Shown piece after piece: positions 39,512 to 48,840 of a stretch of DNA of 64,000 nucleotides; position 1 is the first letter of the stretch, and the number at the start of each line of letters is the position of its first letter. Made by a program: the position numbers and the translations under genes. The stretch lies in the sequence record SRR22947727_980. One strand, given 5' to 3'. The notes beneath the pieces were generated by a model. That model was given only the letters and a program-made list of their open reading frames with translations. It did not search any database and had not been told where the DNA came from.

Positions 39512-40321
39512 ATGAAAAAAGTTGTTGAAAAGCCAAAGCATTTGAAGAATCCCAGAAGGGCTTTTGTAAAAAAGAATGGTAAAAAGCTTGTAAGGAAAAT
39601 TGCAAGCTTCCAAGCTAAGCAGTCTTTAGTTCCAGACACACCCAAAATTGATAATAAATACTTTCCATTTCTAAAGAACTTCACAGATAACTGGCTAGAT
39701 ATTAAAGCGGAAGTATTAGAAGTTTTGAAATACAAAGAAGTAATCCCTGGTTTTCAAGATATTTCACCAGATCAATATCGATTGGCGACAGAAAATAATT
39801 GGAAGACTTTTGTTCTATTTGGTTTTGGTAAACGGCTGGCTAAAAATGCATCTCTCGCTCCTAAGACATCAAAATTGCTTGAAGGTGTTCCAAACCTTCA
39901 GACTGCTATGTTTTCAATTTTGGCACCTGGGTACCATATACCGGCTCACAGTGGAGTAACTAAAGGTATATTAAGGTCTCATATTGGTTTGATAATTCCA
40001 TCAGATCGTGTGAATTGCCGCATTCGTGTTGATAATACTATAACACCTTGGAAAGAGGGTGAAATCTTTGTATTCGACGATACCTATGAACATGAAGTTT
40101 GGAATGATACAGATCAAGAACGAGTTATTCTTTTGTTTGATTTTGATAGACCTATGAAATTTTGGGGTCGCTTATTAAACACTACATTCCTTCAAATAAT
40201 GAAATTTACTGCCTTTTACCAAGACCCAAAAAAAAACTTAAAGTCTGCTGAAGACAGACTTGAGGCTGCTATCCGTAAAGTCGATGCAAACATAGAGGCA
40301 ATGAGTGACCCTGCGCCATGA
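39512..40321 (+). CDS. Aspartyl/asparaginyl beta-hydroxylase (AspH/LpxO-like) Fe/2OG dioxygenase
   Basis: WKTFVLFGFG, AMFSILAPGYHIPAHSG, LRSHIGL, WKEGE..VFDDTYEHEVWN, RVILLFDF.RP. Confidence 0.88.
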   Translation: MKKVVEKPKHLKNPRRAFVKKNGKKLVRKIASFQAKQSLVPDTPKIDNKYFPFLKNFTDNWLDIKAEVLEVLKYKEVIPGFQDISPDQYRLATENNWKTFVLFGFGKRLAKNASLAPKTSKLLEGVPNLQTAMFSILAPGYHIPAHSGVTKGILRSHIGLIIPSDRVNCRIRVDNTITPWKEGEIFVFDDTYEHEVWNDTDQERVILLFDFDRPMKFWGRLLNTTFLQIMKFTAFYQDPKKNLKSAEDRLEAAIRKVDANIEAMSDPAP

Positions 40322-40325
40322 GCAA

Positions 40326-41000
40326 TTAATATATTATTTTGTTTATTGCTAGGGGAAGATCGCGAAAATGTTGTAATAGATAATTGCCCCCTAGTCTTCT
40401 TGCAGGAATAGTCGAGTACCCATATTTCATAATTATAGAGGGAATCTTTGCTTTTTGAGCTGATATTACATCTGGTAAACTATCACCTACCATTATTATC
40501 TTTTTTTTTGTTCCCTTATGACCAGCAGCTGTCCAAATATGGTCTGGATATGGCTTATTTCTGATTAAATCATCTGAACCAACAATGCGTATGAACAATT
40601 TTGAAAGAGATAAATCTTGAATTAACGGTCGTGCAAGATAACCTGGTTTATTAGTACATATTGATAGCTCAGCTCCCATTTTTTTTAAACTTTTAAGAAC
40701 GGTTTCTACTCCAGGGTATGGCTTACTCAATAAACACAGATTATTAGCATATAAATTCATAAATATTTTTTGTAGCTTATCTAATCGAGTCTTACTCACT
40801 TCGTGTTTTTCTCTTCGTAAAGCCTCAATAATTAATTTTCTTGCACCGTAACCAACATTTTTCTGCGCTTCCTTAAAGTTTGTTTTAGGAAGACCCTCAA
40901 GCGCGATAACTTCATTTAAAACTCTAATGAGATCTGGAGCAGTATTTACAAGAGTCCCATCAAGGTCAAAGCATATGGAAATATTTTGAAGATTTTTCAT
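40326..41000 (-). CDS. gph: Phosphoglycolate phosphatase-like HAD hydrolase
   Basis: FDLDGTLVNTAPDL, CTNKP, KPYPD, MVGDS..D; divergent from glmU as in many alphaproteobacteria. Confidence 0.85.
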   Translation of the reverse strand: MKNLQNISICFDLDGTLVNTAPDLIRVLNEVIALEGLPKTNFKEAQKNVGYGARKLIIEALRREKHEVSKTRLDKLQKIFMNLYANNLCLLSKPYPGVETVLKSLKKMGAELSICTNKPGYLARPLIQDLSLSKLFIRIVGSDDLIRNKPYPDHIWTAAGHKGTKKKIIMVGDSLPDVISAQKAKIPSIIMKYGYSTIPARRLGGNYLLQHFRDLPLAINKIIY

Positions 41001-41089
41001 ATATTTCCCTTAATAGAATCGCGTTCCGTGTTATCATGGTTTATTGTTATAATAAGTCAACGCCGACGAATCATCTGGGAGAGTGCTTT

Positions 41090-42433
41090 ATGGTCCACAA
41101 AAGAGCTGCTATTATTTTAGCTGCGGGCAAGTCTTCACGTATGAAATCCTCGCTTTCAAAAGTCCTTCATTGTGTGGGGGGTCAATCAATGCTTGCATGG
41201 TCTGCATCCTTGGCTCGCGCAGCAAATGTTTCAAGAGCAATATGTGTCGCTGGTAGCGATAATGATGATGTTAAAGAAGCTGCAGAAAACCTTGGTCTAG
41301 ATGTTGCAATTCAAAAAAAACAACTAGGTACAGCAAACGCTGTTATGGCGGCTAAAGATATTTTAGGGGATTTTTCTGGTAGTATCATGGTTTTATATGC
41401 CGATACTCCTTTAATCCAAATAGAAACATTAGAAAAAGTCTTTAATAGCCTCGAGGGTGAGGCCTCTGCTGCTGTTTTAGGTTTTGATGCGAGAGAACCT
41501 AATAGTTATGGAAGGCTGGTAACCGAAGGGGACAAGCTAATTGAAATTGTTGAAGCTAAAGAAGCAAGTCCAGATCAACTTTCAATAAGCCTTTGTAATA
41601 GTGGTATTATAGCATTCTCCTCAGAGGAATTTGATGAAACCCTTAAAAAAATTAATAATGAAAATAGTAAAGGTGAATATTACCTTACTGATTTGATAAA
41701 AATTATGTGCAAAGAAGGTAAGGTTTCAACATTTGTTATGGCTCCTGAGCATGAGGTGCTAGGTGTTAACTCTCGGAAAGACCTAGCACTGGCAGAAAAA
41801 TCTTTCCAAACCAGAATGAGAAATAATGCTATGGAGTCAGGTGTTACTTTGCGTGATCCATCTTCAGTTTATTTTTCGTATGATACAATCATTGAAAGAG
41901 ATGCAGATATAGCTTCAAACGTTGTTTTTGGACTTGGTGTTAAAATTTCTAGAGGAGCTATTATTCACCCCTTTTGTGATATTCAAGGGTCATTCATATC
42001 TAAGGGTTCCAAAGTAGGCCCCTTTGCAAGACTTCGCCAAGGTTCATTTTTAGGAGAGAATGCTAAAGTAGGAAATTTTGTTGAAACGAAAAACGCTCAA
42101 ATAAGTAAGGGTACTAAAGTCAATCATCTATCGTATATAGGTGATGCAGAAATTGGAGAAAATTGTAATATAGGAGCCGGAACCATAACCTGTAATTATG
42201 ATGGCTATAAAAAGCATAAGACCATCATAGGGAAAAATGTTTTCGTTGGCACTAATTCATCTTTAGTTGCGCCCATAAAAATTGGTGACCAAGCATTTTT
42301 AGGTAGCGGAGGTGTGATAACCGAAGATGTACCTCCTGGGTCACTTGCTTTGGCAAGGGCAAAGCAAATTAATAAAATAGATTGGGCTTACAGATTTAGG
42401 GCTGCACAAATAAAAAGAAAGAAAAGTGAGTAA
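41090..42433 (+). CDS. glmU: Bifunctional UDP-GlcNAc pyrophosphorylase / GlcN-1-P acetyltransferase
   Basis: IILAAGKSSRMKS, QLGTANAV, GEYYLTD, hexapeptide repeats, HLSYIGDA, GAGTITCNYDG; ATG at 41090 after GGAGAG. Confidence 0.97.
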   Translation: MVHKRAAIILAAGKSSRMKSSLSKVLHCVGGQSMLAWSASLARAANVSRAICVAGSDNDDVKEAAENLGLDVAIQKKQLGTANAVMAAKDILGDFSGSIMVLYADTPLIQIETLEKVFNSLEGEASAAVLGFDAREPNSYGRLVTEGDKLIEIVEAKEASPDQLSISLCNSGIIAFSSEEFDETLKKINNENSKGEYYLTDLIKIMCKEGKVSTFVMAPEHEVLGVNSRKDLALAEKSFQTRMRNNAMESGVTLRDPSSVYFSYDTIIERDADIASNVVFGLGVKISRGAIIHPFCDIQGSFISKGSKVGPFARLRQGSFLGENAKVGNFVETKNAQISKGTKVNHLSYIGDAEIGENCNIGAGTITCNYDGYKKHKTIIGKNVFVGTNSSLVAPIKIGDQAFLGSGGVITEDVPPGSLALARAKQINKIDWAYRFRAAQIKRKKSE

Positions 42434-43137
42434 TGCAAGTAACTAAGGAAAATGCAGCACTTGCTGCATTGGATTATGTAGAAGATGGAATGATCTTAGG
42501 TTTAGGGTCAGGTTCCACAGCAGAAATATTTATAAAACATTTAGGTATGAGAATAGCTGATGGAATGAAAATTATAGGAGTCCCAACATCCAAGCGAACA
42601 GAGGCTGTTGCAATAAAAAATGGCGTACCTTTAATTGAGCCTGATAAAGTAAGTAGTATTCAACTAACAATTGATGGAGCTGATGAGGTTGACCCAGGGT
42701 TCTCACTCATTAAGGGGGGGGGTGCATGTTTGCTGCGAGAAAAAATAATAGCCCACGCCTCTGATAAAATGATCGTGATAGCTGACGATAGTAAAATTGT
42801 TGATACTCTGGGGAAATATCCATTACCAGTTGAAGTAGATCCATTCGCAATGGCTCTTACTGCAGAAAAAATATATAGTGCATTAGTAAACAGTGGTTGC
42901 GAAAGTGCGGTGACTGTTTTGAGACAAAAAATAAATGGTCAAGGTCCTCTAGTTACTGATGGGGGTCATTTTTTACTTGATTGTAGCTGCAAAAAAATTC
43001 CAGACCCTGCCGAAACAGCTTTTCAGTTGTCTAGAATTCCAGGTGTAATGGAGCATGGCTTATTTGTTGGTCTTGCGAGTATAATTATTGTTGGGTTTGA
43101 GGATCATGCCAAGGTCATGGAAATAACTGAGGAATAA
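42433..43137 (+). CDS. rpiA: Ribose-5-phosphate isomerase A
   Basis: GLGSGST, IDGADEVD, IKGGGACLLREK, PGVMEHGLF. Confidence 0.97.
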   Translation: MQVTKENAALAALDYVEDGMILGLGSGSTAEIFIKHLGMRIADGMKIIGVPTSKRTEAVAIKNGVPLIEPDKVSSIQLTIDGADEVDPGFSLIKGGGACLLREKIIAHASDKMIVIADDSKIVDTLGKYPLPVEVDPFAMALTAEKIYSALVNSGCESAVTVLRQKINGQGPLVTDGGHFLLDCSCKKIPDPAETAFQLSRIPGVMEHGLFVGLASIIIVGFEDHAKVMEITEE

Positions 43138-43144
43138 AATATTA

Positions 43145-44503
43145 ATGTTAGAATTTGATTATGATCTTTTCGTAATAGGTGCAGGATCAGGAGGCGTTCG
43201 TGCGGCTAGGCTTGCTGCTCAAATGGGAAAAAAAGTAGCTATTGCAGAAGAAAGTAAACCCGGAGGAACTTGTGTAGTAAGAGGGTGCGTACCAAAAAAA
43301 TACTTAGTTTACGGAGCAGAATACGGCTCCTCTATTGCAGCTAGTGAAAAGTATGGATGGTCATATGAAAATTTAGATTTTAATTGGGAAAAGTTGAGAG
43401 ACTCCATTCAAAAAGAGGTGGATCGTTTATCAGGTATCTATTCTAATATTTTAAACAAAAATGGTGCAGTGGTATATAATGAGCGTGCGGAATTTATAGA
43501 TAAAAACACAGTGATTTTAACTTCAAGTAAGAAAAAAATTTCTGCAGAAAATATACTGATCGCAGTTGGTGGTCGACCTTGGTCTCCAGATATAAATGGT
43601 GTCGAACATTCTATAATTTCGGATGATGCTTTCCTTCTTGAGAAATTACCATCCTCTATTCTGATAATAGGTGGAGGTTATATAGCTTCGGAATTTGCTG
43701 GGATTTTTTCAGGGCTAGGTGTAAAAACTATCCAAGCATATAGAGGTGAACATTTACTTAAAGGTTTTGATAAAGACATTCGATTACGTGTTGGAACCCA
43801 TCAAAAAATTAATGGTATTGATGTACGTTATAATATCTCACCTCTAGAGATTAGTATTAACGGTGAAACTTATAATACTCATTTTGATGATGATAGTATA
43901 ATTAATTCTGACTTAGTATTTATGGCTACAGGACGTCGGCCTTATACTTCTTCCTTAGGCCTAGATAGGGTGGGGGTAAAAACTGATGCCTTAGGAAGCA
44001 TTATTGTAGATGGATTATCTAAAACTAATATTCAAAATATATATGCAGTTGGCGATGTTACAAACCGATTAAACTTAACACCAGTGGCTATAAGAGAGGC
44101 TAAGGCATTCATTGAAGCCCTATATGGATCTGAGCAAGTAGAGTATGATCATAGTAATATAGCAAGTGCTGTCTTTACGCGTCCACCCATTGGAGTAGTT
44201 GGTTTGAATGAAGCTCAAGCTAGAGAGTTATACGGTGATGATATTGTGGTGTATGAAACATCCTTCCGCCCAATGAAGAATATTCTTAGCGGGAAAGAAG
44301 AAAAATGTTTTATGAAGTTAATTACTGAAGGAATGAATGAAAAAATTGTAGGAATTCATATTATTGGAGATGATAGTCCAGAAATAATTCAAATTTTAGG
44401 TATTTGTGTGAAAGCAGGATTAACAAAAGCTGACTTTGATAATACTTGTGCTGTTCATCCTACGCTTGCAGAAGAAATTGTAACTTTAAATGCAAGGGCT
44501 TGA
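43145..44503 (+). CDS. gor: Glutathione-disulfide reductase
   Basis: IGAGSGGVRAAR, GGTCVVRGCVPKK, LTPVAI, HPTLAEE. Confidence 0.95.
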   Translation: MLEFDYDLFVIGAGSGGVRAARLAAQMGKKVAIAEESKPGGTCVVRGCVPKKYLVYGAEYGSSIAASEKYGWSYENLDFNWEKLRDSIQKEVDRLSGIYSNILNKNGAVVYNERAEFIDKNTVILTSSKKKISAENILIAVGGRPWSPDINGVEHSIISDDAFLLEKLPSSILIIGGGYIASEFAGIFSGLGVKTIQAYRGEHLLKGFDKDIRLRVGTHQKINGIDVRYNISPLEISINGETYNTHFDDDSIINSDLVFMATGRRPYTSSLGLDRVGVKTDALGSIIVDGLSKTNIQNIYAVGDVTNRLNLTPVAIREAKAFIEALYGSEQVEYDHSNIASAVFTRPPIGVVGLNEAQARELYGDDIVVYETSFRPMKNILSGKEEKCFMKLITEGMNEKIVGIHIIGDDSPEIIQILGICVKAGLTKADFDNTCAVHPTLAEEIVTLNARA

Positions 44504-44567
44504 ATTAAGTCTATTTTACTTTAATTCTTGCTAGATTTTAATTTATCTAACCTATAAGTTTAATTTT

Positions 44568-45059
44568 ATGACAAAACGAATAGCACTTTATCCTGGAACC
44601 TTTGATCCAATGACACTTGGTCACTTAGACATTTTAAAAAGGGCTAGTACTCTTTGTGATAAGCTAGTGGTCGCTGTTGCTATAAATCGCAATAAAAACC
44701 CTTTATTTGCACTAGATGAACGAGTCGAAATGGTTGAAAATGTAGTGTCACCATTTCGCGAGAGAATTGAAGTCGAGGTAAAATCTTTTGAGGGCTTATT
44801 AATTCATTATGCTGAACAAGTTGGAGCTAAAATGATAGTACGTGGTTTAAGGGCTGTATCTGACTTTGAATATGAATTTCAAATGGCAGGAATGAATGAT
44901 CGTTTAAATCCTAATATTGAAACTGTATTTTTAATGGCTGACCCTCAGTATCAAACGATTGCTTCTCGACTGGTGAAAGAAATAGCTAGATTAGGAGGAA
45001 ATATTTCACAATTTGTGACACCGGAGGTAGAGCTTCGCCTGAAAGATAAGTTTATATGA
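44568..45059 (+). CDS. coaD: Phosphopantetheine adenylyltransferase
   Basis: YPGTFDPMTLGHLDI, RGLRAVSDFEYE. Confidence 0.98.
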   Translation: MTKRIALYPGTFDPMTLGHLDILKRASTLCDKLVVAVAINRNKNPLFALDERVEMVENVVSPFRERIEVEVKSFEGLLIHYAEQVGAKMIVRGLRAVSDFEYEFQMAGMNDRLNPNIETVFLMADPQYQTIASRLVKEIARLGGNISQFVTPEVELRLKDKFI

Positions 45060-45964
45060 TAAAATATATATATTCTTTATTGTTATTATTAATATCCGTT
45101 TATCCTATAGCGCATGCTTCTGATTCAATAACAAAAAATGAAGAACCCGCACTTCTAATAATAAATCAAGAAATTCCTGATGAAGCTTGGAGAACACCGG
45201 ATCCGGAGAACTTACTGTATATAGACCTTGAGTATGGTAGAATTATTTTAGAGATGTATCCTGAAATCGCACCCAAACATGTAGCACGAATTAAAGAGCT
45301 AACTCGTCAGAGCTTTTATGACTACATTGCTTTTCATAGAGTTGTTGACGGTTTTATGAATCAAACGGGCGACCCAAGAGGTGATGGTACTGGGGGTTCA
45401 GATTTGCCCGACTTAATAGGCGAATTTACGTTTCGTAGGTCAGAGTTAATGCCCGTTTCATTGACAGGTTTAAAGCAAGTTGGTTCAAAAAAAATACCTG
45501 TTGGCTTTTACAAGTCTTTACCCGTAGCTACTCAACCTATTGTTCAAGCAATGTTTACTCGCGATGGTATGGTTTCTGCTTATGGATTGCATTGTAAAGG
45601 TGTAACATCTATGGCTCGTAGTACTGAGCCTAATACTGCTAATAGCCAGTTCTTTTTAATGCGTGATATCGCAGATCATTTGAATGCAAAATACTCAATT
45701 TGGGGCAATACATTAATTGGTCATGAGCATTTAACAAAAATCAAGGTGGGTTCAAAAAATGATAATGTTAGTTTTATTCCAGATATTATGAAGAAGGTCC
45801 GTCTGGCTTCTGATGTTCCATATGGTGAAAGAGTAAATTTTCAGATTCTAAAAACTAATAGCATATTTTTTAAAAATTATTTAAGTAAACTCAAAGAATC
45901 TGAAGGAACTATTCCAGATATTTGTAATATTAGAATACCAACCCGCATTAAACAGGAAAAATAA
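45056..45964 (+). CDS. Periplasmic cyclophilin-type peptidyl-prolyl isomerase
   Basis: Signal peptide; APKHV.RI, FHRVVDGFMNQTGDP, SMAR..PNTANSQFF. Confidence 0.9.
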   Translation: MIKYIYSLLLLLISVYPIAHASDSITKNEEPALLIINQEIPDEAWRTPDPENLLYIDLEYGRIILEMYPEIAPKHVARIKELTRQSFYDYIAFHRVVDGFMNQTGDPRGDGTGGSDLPDLIGEFTFRRSELMPVSLTGLKQVGSKKIPVGFYKSLPVATQPIVQAMFTRDGMVSAYGLHCKGVTSMARSTEPNTANSQFFLMRDIADHLNAKYSIWGNTLIGHEHLTKIKVGSKNDNVSFIPDIMKKVRLASDVPYGERVNFQILKTNSIFFKNYLSKLKESEGTIPDICNIRIPTRIKQEK

Positions 45965-46422
45965 TGACTGAAAAACTTATATTAAATATTGATGCCAATG
46001 ATGGAAAAAATGGAGATGTAATTATTTTATTACGAACTGACTTGGCTCCAAAACATGTTGAGCAGATCACAAGATTAGCCAAGGAAGGTTTTTATGACGG
46101 CCTTACATTTCACAGAGTAATTAATGGTTTTATGGCTCAAGGTGGCTGTCCTGAAGGAACTGGTATGGGTGGGGCTAAAGATAATATTCCAGCCGAGTTT
46201 TCTAAACATCCACATATTGAGGGTGTTTGCTCTATGGCGCGATCGCAAAATCCTAATTCGGCGTCTAGCCAATTTTTTATCTGTTTAGATGATGCAACTT
46301 TTCTTGATGGCCAATATACGGTCTGGGGAGAAGTTGAAAGCGGAATGGATCTTATTCATGCTCTTCCAAAAGGCGAGCCACCTGCGTACCCAGGAAAAAT
46401 AATAAAGGCGAGTATCCTTTAA
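45964..46422 (+). CDS. Cytoplasmic cyclophilin-type peptidyl-prolyl isomerase
   Basis: FHRVINGFMAQGGCP, SMARSQNPNSASSQFFI, FLDGQYTVWG. Confidence 0.93.
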   Translation: MTEKLILNIDANDGKNGDVIILLRTDLAPKHVEQITRLAKEGFYDGLTFHRVINGFMAQGGCPEGTGMGGAKDNIPAEFSKHPHIEGVCSMARSQNPNSASSQFFICLDDATFLDGQYTVWGEVESGMDLIHALPKGEPPAYPGKIIKASIL

Positions 46423-46469
46423 ATAATCAATTTCATCTATAGTTTATTATTCAAAGAAAAATCAATTTT

Positions 46470-47537
46470 ATGAAAGTCAGTGATTTTGATTTTGATTTAC
46501 CCGAAAATCGCATAGCGCTTAGGCCAGTCTCACCAAAGGATAGTGCAAAACTACTGCAAGTCTCAAATACAGGTGAATTATTTGACCACAGTGTTAAAGA
46601 CTTGCCGGATTTACTCGAAAGAGGCGATGTGCTTGTAGTAAATGAAACAAGGGTTCTTAATGCTGCCCTTGATGGGACTAGAAAAGCGCGTGAACACGGT
46701 GGCGGGGGAGATGTTAGTCTCAATATTAATCTTCATACCTTAATATCTGATAATGAATGGCGTGCATTTGTTCGCCCGGCTAAGCGTTTGAAAAATGATG
46801 ACATCATTTTCTTTTCTGATAATTTCTATGCCACCGTTTATGATAAGTTGCAAAACGGTGATGTAGGTCTTAGATTTAACCTTGACGGTATTGCATTAAT
46901 AAAAGCTATAGATAAATATGGAAAACCCCCTATACCGCCATACATTTCTCGCAAACGACCTGTCGATCTCAATGATGTAGTCGACTATCAAACTATTTAT
47001 GCTTCCAAAAATTCTGGTTCTGTTGCCGCTCCGACTGCAGGACTACATTTTACTAATGAATTATTTGAGGAATTAAATTTCAGAGGAATCCAAATTGAAC
47101 GCCTAACATTGCATGTTAGTGCTGGAACTTTTCTACCCGTAAAAACTGAAGATACTAAAGATCACCATATGCACACTGAGTGGTATGAGATACCTCCTGA
47201 AACAGCCAAACGAATAAATTCCGCAAAATACGAGGGCCGGCGTATCATAGCAGTTGGTACCACTTCTTTACGTGCTCTTGAGTCATCCGCAAGGAACAGA
47301 AAAGTAACAAAACTCACCAACAAAACGAATATCTTTATTACTCCCGGTTTTAAATTTGAAATAATAGACGGACTTATTACAAATTTCCATTTACCAAGAT
47401 CTACTTTATTTATGCTTGTTAGTGCTTTGTCCGGATTGAAAAATATGCAATCAGCTTATGCTTATGCAATAAGAAATAAATATCGATTTTATAGTTATGG
47501 CGACACAAGCCTTTTATGGAAAATTAAGGATGTTTAA
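46470..47537 (+). CDS. queA: S-adenosylmethionine:tRNA ribosyltransferase-isomerase
   Basis: DFDFDLP, PPYI, YQTIYA, SVAAPTAGLHF, VGTTSLRALE, YRFYSYGD. Confidence 0.98.
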   Translation: MKVSDFDFDLPENRIALRPVSPKDSAKLLQVSNTGELFDHSVKDLPDLLERGDVLVVNETRVLNAALDGTRKAREHGGGGDVSLNINLHTLISDNEWRAFVRPAKRLKNDDIIFFSDNFYATVYDKLQNGDVGLRFNLDGIALIKAIDKYGKPPIPPYISRKRPVDLNDVVDYQTIYASKNSGSVAAPTAGLHFTNELFEELNFRGIQIERLTLHVSAGTFLPVKTEDTKDHHMHTEWYEIPPETAKRINSAKYEGRRIIAVGTTSLRALESSARNRKVTKLTNKTNIFITPGFKFEIIDGLITNFHLPRSTLFMLVSALSGLKNMQSAYAYAIRNKYRFYSYGDTSLLWKIKDV

Positions 47538-48665
47538 ATGACTCAATTTTCATTTGATATTCTATCAAAAGACGGTGATGCGAGGTCAGGGGTATTGCAG
47601 ACATCTCGTGGAAAAATTATGACTCCTGCTTTTATGCCTGTTGGAACAGCTGGAACAGTTAAGGGTCTATATATGGATCAGGTAGCTGGTGCAGGTTCGG
47701 ATGTAATACTGGGGAATACTTATCATCTAATGCTTAGACCTGGTGCTGAAAGAGTAAAAAAATTAGGAGGATTGCACAAGTTTTCTGGCTGGAGTGGCCC
47801 GATTTTGACTGACTCCGGTGGATTTCAGGTTTGGTCACTCTCAAAACTTCGAAAAATGACAGAAAAAGGGGTTGAATTCCAAAGTCATTTAGATGGTTCT
47901 AAATATTTACTTTCACCTGAGAGGTCTATTGAAATTCAGGCTGATTTGTTGGGTGCTGATATATGTATGCAGCTAGATGAATGTACTGATTACCCTGTAA
48001 CTCATGCGCTAGCTAAGAAATCAATGGAGCTATCCTTGAGGTGGGGTAGGCGATCTCTAGAGAAATTTGGTAGGCGTGAAAGCCAAAATTTGTTTGCAAT
48101 AATACAAGGTTCAAATTTTGAGGACTTACGTCGTATTAGTGCAGAGGCATGTGTTAAAGAAACTCTCAATGGGGGTTATGGGGGTTTTGCAATTGGTGGT
48201 TTGGCTGTGGGTGAGGGGCATGAGAACATGTGTAAAACATTAGACTTTACTATACCAAATCTACCTTTGGATCGCCCTAGATACTTAATGGGAGTTGGCA
48301 AGCCGATAGATCTCGTTGAGGCTGTTGCTAGAGGAGTTGATATGTTTGATTGCGTTATTCCAACTAGGTCGGGCCGGCACGGGCAGGTATGGACTGATAA
48401 TGGTCCATATAACATTAAAAAGGCTAAGTTTTCTGAAGACCAAACACCTCTTGATGAAAAAATTAATTGCTCCGCAAGTAATGACTATACAAAAGCTTAT
48501 ATTCACCATCTTGTGCGTTCTGGAGAGTTGTTAGGTTCAATGATCTTAAGCTGGCATAATATTGCTTATTATCAAAATTTAATGTCAAGAATTCGGACGG
48601 CTATAAGTGATGGTGAGTTTGATTCTTTTATAACTAATTTTCGTTTAAATTACTCTCAAACCTAG
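47538..48665 (+). CDS. tgt: Queuine tRNA-ribosyltransferase
   Basis: TPAFMPVGT, LGNTYHLMLRPG, LTDSGGFQV, GGLAVGE, YLMGVG, DMFDCV.PTR. Confidence 0.98.
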   Translation: MTQFSFDILSKDGDARSGVLQTSRGKIMTPAFMPVGTAGTVKGLYMDQVAGAGSDVILGNTYHLMLRPGAERVKKLGGLHKFSGWSGPILTDSGGFQVWSLSKLRKMTEKGVEFQSHLDGSKYLLSPERSIEIQADLLGADICMQLDECTDYPVTHALAKKSMELSLRWGRRSLEKFGRRESQNLFAIIQGSNFEDLRRISAEACVKETLNGGYGGFAIGGLAVGEGHENMCKTLDFTIPNLPLDRPRYLMGVGKPIDLVEAVARGVDMFDCVIPTRSGRHGQVWTDNGPYNIKKAKFSEDQTPLDEKINCSASNDYTKAYIHHLVRSGELLGSMILSWHNIAYYQNLMSRIRTAISDGEFDSFITNFRLNYSQT

Positions 48666-48704
48666 AAGACTTTGAATAATTCTATTTTGCCAAGCATTTT
48701 GGGC

Positions 48705-48733
48705 TTGACGATAGTTAGCCGCGCCCGTAGATA
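48705..48733 (+). promoter_or_regulatory. Putative sigma70 promoter of tRNA-Lys (TTGACG-N17-TAGATA)
   Basis: -35 at 48705-48710, 17-nt spacer, -10 at 48728-48733, 31 nt before the tRNA. Confidence 0.6.
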
Positions 48734-48764
48734 CCCAATTTCTTATACATTAAGTATGTATTGT

Positions 48765-48840
48765 GCGCCCGTAGCTCAGTTGGTAGAGCGCCTCACTTTT
48801 AATGAGGATGTCCACAGTTCAAGTCTGTGCGGGCGTACCA
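48765..48840 (+). tRNA. tRNA-Lys(UUU)
   Basis: Acceptor GCGCCCG/CGGGCGT, D-arm GCTC/GAGC, anticodon stem CCTCA/TGAGG with loop CTTTTAA, T-arm CACAG-TTCAAGT-CTGTG, encoded CCA. Confidence 0.97.

Noticed and set aside
44505-44519. CtrA-like TTAA-N7-TTAC boxes here and upstream of yfgM
   Set aside because: Imperfect matches in very AT-rich intergenic DNA, expected by chance.
46470-48840. Functional link between queA-tgt and the adjacent tRNA
   Set aside because: Queuosine modifies GUN-anticodon tRNAs (Asp, Asn, His, Tyr), not Lys(UUU), and the tRNA has its own promoter.
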